From: Nitrososphaerota archaeon
GTDB taxonomy: Archaea; Thermoproteota; Nitrososphaeria_A; Caldarchaeales; Calditenuaceae
Direction: 5' to 3'
DNA: 64,000 nt
NCBI GenBank assembly: GCA_038845265.1
Contig: JAWBQR010000003.1
Coordinates: forward strand, 32,001-96,000
The stretch's first letter is position 1, and every line of letters starts with the position of its first letter. Position numbers and translations under genes: made by a program. The notes under the pieces are model-generated. The model was not told the origin of the DNA, made no database searches, and worked only from the letters and a program-made list of their open reading frames with translations. Shown here in pieces: positions 48,173 to 57,154 of this stretch.

Positions 48173-49882
48173 TTGGTGGACGAGGTTATAAGAATTCAGG
48201 ACCTATGGTGGAGGTACGAACTCGGAAAAGACTGGGCACTCAGAGGGATAAACCTCACAGTAAGAAGGGGAGAATTCCTCGTAATAGTTGGCCCAAGCGG
48301 AGCCGGAAAATCAACACTATGTCTCACGCTCTGCGGCATGATTCCACACTTCTCGCGGGGATACTATAAGGGAGAAGTTCTGATAAATGGCCAGGAGACG
48401 AGAAAGATGAGGCTGAGCGAGATAACAAAGAAGGTCGGGATAGTCTTCCAAGACCCCGACACACAGTTCGTCACGATGTCTGTAGAGGATGAGATAGCCT
48501 TCCCACTCGAGAATCATGGAGTCCCTAGAGAAGAGATGATTAAGAGGGTTAGAAGGACGATGGAGATGACGAGGATACTTGAGTTAAAGGATAAGTATCC
48601 ACATGAGCTCTCCGGAGGCCAGAAGCAGAGAGTCGCGATAGCCTCAATACTCGCCCTGGAGCCTGAGATACTCGTCCTAGATGAGCCGACCTCTGACCTC
48701 GATCCAGTTGGAAAGACAGAAGTATTCTCAATGCTGGCAGACCTAAAGAAAGCGGGGAGAACAATTATCCTAGTCGAGCATAATACTGAGGAAGCCGCGA
48801 AGTATGCGGATAGAATTGTCCTCCTTAAGGATGGACAAATAATCAGCGAGGGCTCACCGAGAGAGGTATTCAGAGACGTAGAACACATAAAGTCTACAGG
48901 CGTATACCCGCCACAAGTGACTGAGCTAGCTTATCTCCTTTCGTTAAGACATGGCTTGAACGGCAAGTTACCAATAACCCTAGAAGAATGCATCGAGTGG
49001 CTCCGGGAGATGAACGCGAAGATCATCAAATCTCTCCAGTCCAAGCCATCACCACAGAAGACGGAGGGAGAACCAATTATATCGTTCAGGAGAGTCTCAT
49101 ACAGGTACCCAGACGGCACGCTTGCCTTGAGTAATGTAGAAATAGGCTTCTCTAGGGGCGAGTTCATCGCTATAATCGGTCAGAATGGCTCAGGAAAGAC
49201 TACGCTGGTAAAACACATAGTCGGATTGCTGAAACCAAGTACTGGAGAAGTGAGGATATTCGGTAAGAGGACCTCTGAGACAAGCATTAGGGAGCTTGCA
49301 ACAAAGGTTGGATACGTCTATCAGAACCCTGATCATCAGCTCTTCTGTCAGACAGTATATGAAGAGTGCGCATATGGTCTCCGTAACCTCGGAGTCAGGG
49401 AGGATGAGATTAAGTCCCGTGTGAGGGAAATCCTCAGAATGGTCGGCCTCGAGGGAATGGAAGATGTCGATACATTTCTACTGGGAAAGGGACAGCGCCA
49501 GAGATTGGCGATTGCATCTACACTCGTAATGAATCCAGAGGTAATAATCGTTGATGAACCGACCACAGGCCAGGATATGGCCCAGTCATCAAGCATAATG
49601 AAGCTCCTCCAAGCCCTGAACAGGGAGGGAAGAACAATAATAATCGTCACACATAATATGCGCCTCGTTGCTGAATATGCCGAGAGGGTTGTGGTGATGC
49701 ATGCAGGTAGAATAATTCTTGACGAAGACGTCAGGACAGTCTTCTCGCAGCCCGAGAAGCTGAAGGAAGCATTGATCACTCCTCCCCAGATAACGCAGCT
49801 TGGACACATCCTGGCAGGAGAGCAGTTCAGCCCACTCACAGTCGAGGAGGCAGCAGAATCGATTAGGATCGGTGATGCGTAG
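48173..49882 (+). CDS. ECF transporter fused double ATPase (EcfA-A')
   Basis: Two NBDs: GPSGAGKS/VFQDPD/LSGGQKQR/LDEPT and GQNGSGKT/YQNPDHQ/VDEPT. Confidence 0.92.
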   Translation: MVDEVIRIQDLWWRYELGKDWALRGINLTVRRGEFLVIVGPSGAGKSTLCLTLCGMIPHFSRGYYKGEVLINGQETRKMRLSEITKKVGIVFQDPDTQFVTMSVEDEIAFPLENHGVPREEMIKRVRRTMEMTRILELKDKYPHELSGGQKQRVAIASILALEPEILVLDEPTSDLDPVGKTEVFSMLADLKKAGRTIILVEHNTEEAAKYADRIVLLKDGQIISEGSPREVFRDVEHIKSTGVYPPQVTELAYLLSLRHGLNGKLPITLEECIEWLREMNAKIIKSLQSKPSPQKTEGEPIISFRRVSYRYPDGTLALSNVEIGFSRGEFIAIIGQNGSGKTTLVKHIVGLLKPSTGEVRIFGKRTSETSIRELATKVGYVYQNPDHQLFCQTVYEECAYGLRNLGVREDEIKSRVREILRMVGLEGMEDVDTFLLGKGQRQRLAIASTLVMNPEVIIVDEPTTGQDMAQSSSIMKLLQALNREGRTIIIVTHNMRLVAEYAERVVVMHAGRIILDEDVRTVFSQPEKLKEALITPPQITQLGHILAGEQFSPLTVEEAAESIRIGDA

Positions 49883-50652
49883 TGTCGAGAGAGGAGAAGG
49901 CTGGCTACAGGCTGAATGTCTGGGAGACACTCAGAAAGTACGCACGACCAGACTCGAGGTTCCACTGGGACTTCTCCAAATTCATCCCAGACTTCAGGGG
50001 AAGCACGAGGTGCGCTGAGAGGATCAGACGCCTACCAGCATATAGGAGGGCAAAACTACTGTTCATAACTCCTGACAACTGTCTCGAGTACTTCAGGGAG
50101 CTCTGCATAAGGGATGGGAAGCGATTCCTCATGACGCCCTACGCTATTCGGAGAGACTTCTTCTACCTCGACCCGAGGAGGGTGCCGCGCGGAATGGAGG
50201 CCCTCGCATCGACGCTAGACGGAATCGAGCGATACGCTAGGCCAGTCAGTCTTAGAAAGATGATGAGGCTTGGACGCGTCGATATGTTGGTGACGGGCGT
50301 CTCGATCGTGAATACTAAGGGCGTAAGGTACGGCAAGGGTACTGGCTTCTTCGACATAGAGTGGGCAATCTTCAGAGAGCTCGGAATGGTTGATGACGAG
50401 ACTCCGATAGTTGCGGTTGCCCACGATTGTCAGGTCGTCGAAGTGGATTTTCCCTATGCCTCGCACGACACTATTGTTGACTACATTGTGACGCCGAGGA
50501 GGACAATCAGGGTCGAGAGGACTGAGAAGAAGCCACTGGGCATCGACTGGAGAATACTTCCACGAGAGCTGTTTGAGACTATTCCTCCACTCCAAGAGCT
50601 GGCGGAGCTCAAGGGTGTCAGGTACCCAGCCTCCAGTCCTGGAGATACTTGA
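49882..50652 (+). CDS. 5-formyltetrahydrofolate cyclo-ligase-like protein (COG0212 paralog)
   Basis: PDSRFHWDF..FIPDF, FITPDN, GVRYGKGTGFFDIEW, HDCQVV, HDTIVDYIVTP. Confidence 0.82.
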   Translation: MSREEKAGYRLNVWETLRKYARPDSRFHWDFSKFIPDFRGSTRCAERIRRLPAYRRAKLLFITPDNCLEYFRELCIRDGKRFLMTPYAIRRDFFYLDPRRVPRGMEALASTLDGIERYARPVSLRKMMRLGRVDMLVTGVSIVNTKGVRYGKGTGFFDIEWAIFRELGMVDDETPIVAVAHDCQVVEVDFPYASHDTIVDYIVTPRRTIRVERTEKKPLGIDWRILPRELFETIPPLQELAELKGVRYPASSPGDT

Positions 50653-51931
50653 CCTGTCTCTCTGTCAGCTCCTCGATCTCTATCCCCATGCTCCTGAGCT
50701 TCGCCTTTGCTACTGCCTTGTCTATCTCTTCTGGGACGTCGTAGACCTTCTTCTCCAGTCTATCGGCGTTTCTTGAGATGTATTCGATTGAGAGCGCCTG
50801 GAGTGAGAAGCTTAGGTCCATTACTTCTGACGGATGTCCCTCGGCCGCTACGAGGTTCACCAGTCGGCCCTGACCGATCAGCAAGAGCTCCTTTCCGTCC
50901 CTCAGTATGTATTTCGTGACCAGGGGGGTTAATTCCTCGACCCTGACCGCCATCGATGCGAGGTCCTTGACAGATATCTCGACGTCGTAGTGCCCCGCGT
51001 TTGCGAGTATTGCTCCGCTCTTCATCTCTTTGAAGTGCTCCGCCCTTATGACGTCTATGTCTCCTGTCGCCGTTATGAATATGTCTCCGATCCTCGCGGC
51101 CTCCGTCATTTTTGTTACTCTGTAGCCATTCATCACGGCCATCAGTGCCCTCACTGGGTCCGCCTCGACCACTATTACCTCTGCTCCCATTCCCCTGGCC
51201 CTCATGGCTATTCCCGAGCCGACCCGCCCATATCCGGCGACGACGACTCTCTTTCCGGCGAGGAGTATTCCAGTGGCCCTGATTATTCCGTCGAGGGCTG
51301 ACTGTCCCGTGCCTATTGGGTTGTCGAAGAGAGACTTTGTCGGCGATTCATTGACGGCGAAGACTGGGTAGAGCAGCAGTCCCTGCCTCATCAGTGACTT
51401 TATTCTTACGACGCCCGTGGTGGTCTCCTCTGTCCCGCCCTTTATCGATGAGTATATCTCGAGGTCTCCGCCGATGGCCGCGGAGGCGTTCTCGACGTCA
51501 GGCCCATCCATCTTCCTCGCAATCTTGTGGACGATGACTGTTAGGTCTGCCCCGTCGTCGACCGTGATTGTCGGCTTAATCCTGAGGGCTCTCCCGATGC
51601 ATTCGTAGTACTCTCTCTGGTTCATGCCCCTGGCCGCGTATACTTTTATTCCGCTCCTTGCGAGTGCCGCCGCTACGTCGTCCTGGGTGCTGAGCGGGTT
51701 GGATGCGCATAGGGCGACTTCTGCTCCTCCCGCCCTGAGGGTCTCGACGAGGACTGCGGTCTCCTTCGTGACGTGTAGGCACGCGGCTATCCGCTCATCT
51801 CTGAGCGGCTTCTCCTCCATGAATCTCTTCCTGACCATTAGGCAGACAGGCATGAATCTCTCGGCCCACTCAATTTTTCTTCTACCCTGTCCTGCCAGGC
51901 CGATGTCTCTTACCCAGTAATCCATGCTCAT
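50618..51931 (-). CDS. ahcY: Adenosylhomocysteinase
   Basis: CLHVTKET, SNPLSTQDD, DDGAD, EETTTG, KSLFDN, GYGRVG, GHPSEVMDLSF. Confidence 0.96.
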   Translation of the reverse strand: MSMDYWVRDIGLAGQGRRKIEWAERFMPVCLMVRKRFMEEKPLRDERIAACLHVTKETAVLVETLRAGGAEVALCASNPLSTQDDVAAALARSGIKVYAARGMNQREYYECIGRALRIKPTITVDDGADLTVIVHKIARKMDGPDVENASAAIGGDLEIYSSIKGGTEETTTGVVRIKSLMRQGLLLYPVFAVNESPTKSLFDNPIGTGQSALDGIIRATGILLAGKRVVVAGYGRVGSGIAMRARGMGAEVIVVEADPVRALMAVMNGYRVTKMTEAARIGDIFITATGDIDVIRAEHFKEMKSGAILANAGHYDVEISVKDLASMAVRVEELTPLVTKYILRDGKELLLIGQGRLVNLVAAEGHPSEVMDLSFSLQALSIEYISRNADRLEKKVYDVPEEIDKAVAKAKLRSMGIEIEELTERQVKYLQDWRLGT

Positions 51932-52014
51932 CGATGACTCTCTCTATCGGCGGCTTAATAAAGAAGCTCTGGGGCAGTGTAGGGATTAATAGGAGGCATG
52001 GAGACCTATTTCTC

Positions 52015-52440
52015 GTGGATATTAGGTCGAAGGAAAGCTACCTGATGATGCTTGACTATGTCTACTCGAGGCTGGGGAGCAGGGCTGGGAAGGGTGGAGA
52101 CAGGATGATAGAGCTGGTCCCGACAGTCCTCCACGAGCAGAAACAGACAATCATTACTAATTTTAGACAACTCGCCGAGTCCATGAATAGGGAGCCTGAG
52201 CATCTCGCAAGGTTCATCTTCAAGGAGACAGGAAGACCTGGAACAGTAGAGAAGGACAGGCTGATAATCAGCGGAAAGATGACAGACGCTGAGATCGTGA
52301 GGCTACTACAGCTCTACTTCAGAGAGTTCGTCAGATGCCCAGTCTGTGGAGGAGTAGACACAGAGATAACGAGCGAGAAGAGGTTCAGATTCCTAGTATG
52401 CGAGGTATGCGGGGCCAAAAGCTCAATAAGAAAAATCTAA
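52015..52440 (+). CDS. eif2b: Translation initiation factor aIF-2 beta subunit
   Basis: TIITNF...NREPEHL..FI.KETG, CPVCGGVDT...CEVCGA zinc ribbon; start uncertain (GTG 52015 chosen). Confidence 0.9.
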   Translation: MDIRSKESYLMMLDYVYSRLGSRAGKGGDRMIELVPTVLHEQKQTIITNFRQLAESMNREPEHLARFIFKETGRPGTVEKDRLIISGKMTDAEIVRLLQLYFREFVRCPVCGGVDTEITSEKRFRFLVCEVCGAKSSIRKI

Positions 52441-53351
52441 ACCAAAAACACATCACTGGTACTAACACCGAACTGCAGTAACAATCGTTTACTATATCTA
52501 AAAATGTCCGGAATGCCATAATTACATTCAACATAAAACCCAGAAACTTCTTTCGGGTCTTTAAACCTCTCCCCCGTTGAGTGTGTAGGCTTATCATTTA
52601 CAAGATATCTTTTACTTCTTTGTCCTGCTCTTATGGGAATATTGCTGCTCGTTATTCTTTTAGTCTCGACCAGCCATTCAACAGTCCTTAATAATATGTC
52701 TCGCCATCGCTTAAGCATGTATCTTCTCCCATCGGGAAATACTATCTCGCTAAACTTCATCGGAGAGCCTTGCTTAGGCTTAATGCTACTTAGCGATACA
52801 CCTCTTTTTTCAGGTGGTTTTGGAATTACTTTTGTCTCCTGAATCGTTAGTGGTTTAGATGCCTCACTGACGAGGGGCGAGTACCTAAAGAGTATGAAGG
52901 CCTTTCTAAGGACTTCTCCCGGCTCGTCCTTAGTTATGTCCCATTCAGCAATCTTCTTCTCTGGTAGCGGCTTGAGCGCATAAGTATCATAGACCTCCCA
53001 CTTGGCGCCATCAGTCGCGATAAAGTATTTCACACCCTCAGCGACGCAGTAGGAGATGTATTGCTGAAGGTCTTCCTGTTTTCCGAGACTCTTCGCCCCT
53101 ATGAAAACGAGCGGCCTCTCACCGCCATGCAACAGTGCGTAATCCGGGCGTCCAGCCTGAGTAGAGAACTCAGGCCTCACCTGCTCTGGGTCTTCTAAGT
53201 CCCAGCCCAATAGCCTAAGGAAAGGGTCAATAAGGACATAACGAGTCAATAACTCATTTTTCGCCAACTGATCCCTATATCTATCCACTCGCCTCTGCAA
53301 CTCGGCAATTTTATCAATTAATGTCTGAAACAACTCAAAGATAATAGCCAT
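52437..53351 (-). CDS. HsdR-N-like PD-(D/E)xK nuclease-domain protein
   Basis: NELLTRYVLIDPFLRLLGWD...PE...RPDYAL...IGAK...QYI.Y...TDGAKW; separate C-terminal domain after a Pro/Lys-rich linker. Confidence 0.78.
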   Translation of the reverse strand: MAIIFELFQTLIDKIAELQRRVDRYRDQLAKNELLTRYVLIDPFLRLLGWDLEDPEQVRPEFSTQAGRPDYALLHGGERPLVFIGAKSLGKQEDLQQYISYCVAEGVKYFIATDGAKWEVYDTYALKPLPEKKIAEWDITKDEPGEVLRKAFILFRYSPLVSEASKPLTIQETKVIPKPPEKRGVSLSSIKPKQGSPMKFSEIVFPDGRRYMLKRWRDILLRTVEWLVETKRITSSNIPIRAGQRSKRYLVNDKPTHSTGERFKDPKEVSGFYVECNYGIPDIFRYSKRLLLQFGVSTSDVFLV

Positions 53352-53398
53352 ATAAACTATAAAAATTTTATCTAAATCATCAATGAAATAAAGACAAT

Positions 53399-54625
53399 TT
53401 ATTGACAGGCTGTTTCATAGAAGTATGGTATCGAAGATATTGTAGGCCTATCGATTAAATAATCACATGCATCAAACGAGTAACCAGACTGGAAAAGCCT
53501 AATAGTTCTCAACAGATAGAGAACAAATTGTATTAGGAATGAAAAGATAACAAAGTTACACAGATACTTATTCTTTGATCTTAATTCTTTTAATCCCTGA
53601 CCAACCATGTATGGCATTACTGGCAATAAATATGCTGTATGCCTAAAGAAGTCAATGTCACCTTTCAAAAATAAAAGTCCTACTGCAATAAATAATCCCA
53701 GAATAAACTGATACTTAACCGTGCTGTCCAGCGAATTAAAACGCTTAAGTACAAAAAATATCGGTAACAATATTGCAAACGCAATTAGATTTATTGCCAC
53801 TCTGAGAATAATCGTAATCTCGTTTGTAGCAATTACTGGTAATTTTACAAATGATAGATAAGAAGCGACATCATGAGCAGTAATCTCCCATGGGAGTATA
53901 GATGATAATACTGTCATGACTGCTCTATAACTTTCAATTGGCGTAGGAATGTGGGGCTGAAAATCAGAATAAGAATTACCTTCACTCATTGCAATATATG
54001 AATAATAAGTTAGTAATCCAATTATCCATCCACAAAACATTAACAATGTTGCCATTCTCAGCGACCTATCACCTTTGATATGATGTAAAACGATGAGGGT
54101 GGTAACGAGTAAGGGGAGGAAAACAAAAGCCGTCTCTCTGGTGAGGACCATTAAAAGAGGCAACAAAAGTAACAAGATATTCATAGATTTATTTCTATTC
54201 CTAAAAAGAATCAATAATAATGCCGTATTTAATAATGCAGTAAGAGCATCAACATAGGTACGTGAAAACAACAAATAAATCGGGGGCCATAATAAACCAA
54301 CTAAACCAATCCGAGAAACAGTGTCTCGAATCATATGTACTTGAAGAAAAATGAAAATAATTAGTAAGCATGCAAGAATGACTTTATAGTAATTCCCTGT
54401 TATAGCTAACAAAAAATAATATAACGGAGCCCTTACGCATAAAGACATAGAATCTTTGGTACAGACTGGGTCGTAAGCAAAGCCAGTCTTCCGCATAACC
54501 TTACTCGTCCAATAAACAACAGCTGGGTCACCATATAGAGGAGAAACAAAAATCAGAAATATAACACTGATAATGTAAGTAAATAATGTGAATACTTGAT
54601 AAATATTATCGTGGCTAAGCCGCAC
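53399..54625 (-). CDS. Polytopic membrane protein, possible GT-C glycosyltransferase
   Basis: About 11 TMs; GD after TM1, RAPLYYFLL, SRTYVDAL, TRETA, RHTAYLLP resemble PMT/ArnT-like proteins; very AT-rich. Confidence 0.5.
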   Translation of the reverse strand: MRLSHDNIYQVFTLFTYIISVIFLIFVSPLYGDPAVVYWTSKVMRKTGFAYDPVCTKDSMSLCVRAPLYYFLLAITGNYYKVILACLLIIFIFLQVHMIRDTVSRIGLVGLLWPPIYLLFSRTYVDALTALLNTALLLILFRNRNKSMNILLLLLPLLMVLTRETAFVFLPLLVTTLIVLHHIKGDRSLRMATLLMFCGWIIGLLTYYSYIAMSEGNSYSDFQPHIPTPIESYRAVMTVLSSILPWEITAHDVASYLSFVKLPVIATNEITIILRVAINLIAFAILLPIFFVLKRFNSLDSTVKYQFILGLFIAVGLLFLKGDIDFFRHTAYLLPVMPYMVGQGLKELRSKNKYLCNFVIFSFLIQFVLYLLRTIRLFQSGYSFDACDYLIDRPTISSIPYFYETACQ

Positions 54626-54698
54626 GTAGTTTATCGTATCTATTCGATTTTTAAACTTTAATCATGCAGAAAGTGTTTGATTATCCAAAAAGTTAGAC

Positions 54699-55121
54699 TT
54701 ACTTTATTTTTTCTAGTATTATGGCTGGGCAGACCCTTGTGACGCCGTCTAGTTTGTTTATTTTTTTTACAAATTCTGATAGTTCCTGCGAATCCTTAAA
54801 CCAGCACTCAGCAAGCATCATGTGGTCGCCCGTTGAAGTATACAGGTTGATAACCTCCTCTATTTTCTTCAGTTCATCTACTATGTAGAGAAATTTCTCC
54901 GGAGACGCATCAATCCCTATGAGGACATGAACATTATATCCAAGCTTACGCAAATCAACCACCACTGTATACTTCTTTATCACGCCTTCCTCCTCGAGTT
55001 TTCTAATCCTCTTCCTGACAGCCGCCTCAGAAACTCCAAAAACTCCTGCTAACTCTGTGTATGACCTTCTGGCGTCCTCTCTCAGTAGCTTTATTAAGTC
55101 ATGGTTCGTTATTCGAACCAT
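54699..55121 (-). CDS. Lrp/AsnC transcriptional regulator (LrpA-like)
   Basis: [33 protein letters not shown]; TGDHMML; [11 protein letters not shown]. Confidence 0.92.
   Translation of the reverse strand: MVRITNHDLIKLLREDARRSYTELAGVFGVSEAAVRKRIRKLEEEGVIKKYTVVVDLRKLGYNVHVLIGIDASPEKFLYIVDELKKIEEVINLYTSTGDHMMLAECWFKDSQELSEFVKKINKLDGVTRVCPAIILEKIK
55101..55121. promoter_or_regulatory. 8-5-8 inverted repeat over the lrp start codon, candidate Lrp operator
   Basis: ATGGTTCG-TTATT-CGAACCAT between the divergent lrp and peroxiredoxin genes. Confidence 0.5.
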
Positions 55122-55175
55122 AAAACATTAATAATCGTCTTATTTAATAAATATTACGAACAGGTGAAGAAAAAA

Positions 55176-55844
55176 ATGGGAACCAATGTTGAGGTTGGAA
55201 AGCTTCCACTAATCGGCGATAAGATGCCGAGCTTTAAGGCAAGAACAACCAAGGGAGTGATCAATTTCCCAGAAGACTTAAAGGGAAAATGGATAGTACT
55301 GTTCTCTCATCCAGGAGACTTTACGCCCGTATGCACGACGGAGTTCCATGCCTTCCAGAAGAGATATAACGAGTTCAAACAGCTAAACTGCGAGCTCGTC
55401 GGCCTAAGCATCGACCAAGTATTCAGCCATATACAATGGGTCAGATGGATAAAGGAAAATCTGAATACCACTATTGAGTTCCCCATTATTGCTGATAGTG
55501 CTGGACAAATCGCATCCATGCTCGGAATGATACATCCAAAGAAGGGAACAAACACTGTGAGGGCAGTCTTCATAATAGACCCAGAAGGAGTAGTCAGAGC
55601 AATCTTCTACTACCCACAAGAACTCGGAAGAAACATCGACGAGATACTCAGAGCCGTCAGAGGCCTACAAGTTGCTGACAAATCCAAGGCCGCCCTACCT
55701 GCAAACTGGCCCAATAATGAAATCATAGGAGATAAAGTAATCGTGCCACCCGCAACAGACGAAGCAACCGCAGAAGAACGCCTAAAACAATACAAGGGAT
55801 TCGACTGGTGGTTCGTCTACAAAGAACCAAGCCCAACCACCTAA
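55176..55844 (+). CDS. Peroxiredoxin (archaeal Prx6/AhpC type)
   Basis: [43 protein letters not shown]; AGGTGA RBS before ATG 55176. Confidence 0.93.
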   Translation: MGTNVEVGKLPLIGDKMPSFKARTTKGVINFPEDLKGKWIVLFSHPGDFTPVCTTEFHAFQKRYNEFKQLNCELVGLSIDQVFSHIQWVRWIKENLNTTIEFPIIADSAGQIASMLGMIHPKKGTNTVRAVFIIDPEGVVRAIFYYPQELGRNIDEILRAVRGLQVADKSKAALPANWPNNEIIGDKVIVPPATDEATAEERLKQYKGFDWWFVYKEPSPTT

Positions 55845-56161
55845 AAATAAAACCTAATCAAAATTTTTTATGCTATCTAACCATCAAATAACATAATATA
55901 CTAAACAACCCCTACCATAACCAAATACATCCCACAAATAATAAATAATTAATTATATCACAGATTTAATATCATTCCTCAACATATAATATCAATGGAG
56001 GAGCACAAATGAAGGACAAATCAAACAAAAAATAATAAGAAAACAACTACAACTCCACAGGTCAAAATACTACACACACCACTACTAGCAAATACATAAA
56101 CAAAACCAAGAACTGTTAAGCAATTTTTGACAAAAAACCCGCCGCTTAACAACCAAACAAT

Positions 56162-56881
56162 TCAGCGCTTCCTACGACCAGTCCGACGAGCAGCAATAAG
56201 CCCAACCTTCTGACCAGGCGGAGCCGTACGCTTCACCGGCTCAGGACGACCAATCCTCTTATGACTACCCCCACCAAACGGATGCCTCGCAGGAACCATC
56301 GCAACACCCCTAACACGCGGATAAGGACGATGACGAGCCCTCATCAAATGATACCTCTTACCAGCCTTCAACATCGGCTTATCAGTACGACCACCACCAG
56401 CCACAATACCCACGACAGCCAACGCCTTACTACTAACCTCGGCAAGCTTCTTCGACGGAAGCTCAATAATCGTCCTATCACCAAGCTGAGAGACAACAGA
56501 GGCATAAGCACCCGAAGACCTCACAAGCTTACCACCATCACCAGGAGAATGCTCAATACAAGAGACAAGACCACCCTCAGGAACCTTACCAATCGGCACA
56601 ATGTTCCCAGTAGCAACGCTAGCATCAGCACCAGCCTCAATCACCTGACCAACATACAGCCCCTGAACAGCCGGAAGATAAAACACATGACCATCCATCT
56701 CCACCTCAGCCACAGGAACACCACGACCAGCATCATGAACAATGTCCCTCACAACCCCCCTCAACAAACCAGCAGAACCAATAACACTCGAAGGATAACC
56801 AACCGCATACCTCCTCTGAATACTACCGACATAAGTCGGCGAACCCCTACCAATCCTCTGAGCCCTAATCCTACGCGGCAA
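56162..56881 (-). CDS. rpl2: 50S ribosomal protein L2
   Basis: RAQRIGRG, HDAGR, GDGGKLVRSSG, PRVRGVAM..HPFGGG, PPGQKVGLIAARRTG. Confidence 0.96.
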   Translation of the reverse strand: MPRRIRAQRIGRGSPTYVGSIQRRYAVGYPSSVIGSAGLLRGVVRDIVHDAGRGVPVAEVEMDGHVFYLPAVQGLYVGQVIEAGADASVATGNIVPIGKVPEGGLVSCIEHSPGDGGKLVRSSGAYASVVSQLGDRTIIELPSKKLAEVSSKALAVVGIVAGGGRTDKPMLKAGKRYHLMRARHRPYPRVRGVAMVPARHPFGGGSHKRIGRPEPVKRTAPPGQKVGLIAARRTGRRKR

Positions 56882-56893
56882 ACACCACCACCC

Positions 56894-57154
56894 CTAAAAC
56901 ACACCAAGCCTCACAGCAAGATCCGAAGCCCTATACTCAGGCCTAAGCTTCACATACGCCTTCTTCACACCCCTCGGCGTAATCAACGTATTAACCTTCT
57001 CAACCCTAACACCATAAAGACTCTCAACCGCACGCTTCACATCACTCTTCGAAGCCCCCAAAGAAACAATAAAAGTCAACTTATTCTCCCGCTCAATCAA
57101 CGAAACCGCATCCTGCGTAATCACAACACCCAAAATAACCTCCTCAGGCCTCAA
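56894..57154 (-). CDS. rpl23: 50S ribosomal protein L23
   Basis: ENKLTFIV...[19 protein letters not shown]...KKAYVKL; TTG start overlapping the rpl4 end. Confidence 0.93.
   Translation of the reverse strand: MRPEEVILGVVITQDAVSLIERENKLTFIVSLGASKSDVKRAVESLYGVRVEKVNTLITPRGVKKAYVKLRPEYRASDLAVRLGVF

Noticed and set aside
55101-55175. N-terminal extension of peroxiredoxin overlapping lrp
   Set aside because: The upstream ATG is part of the palindrome; an AGGTGA RBS supports the start at 55176.
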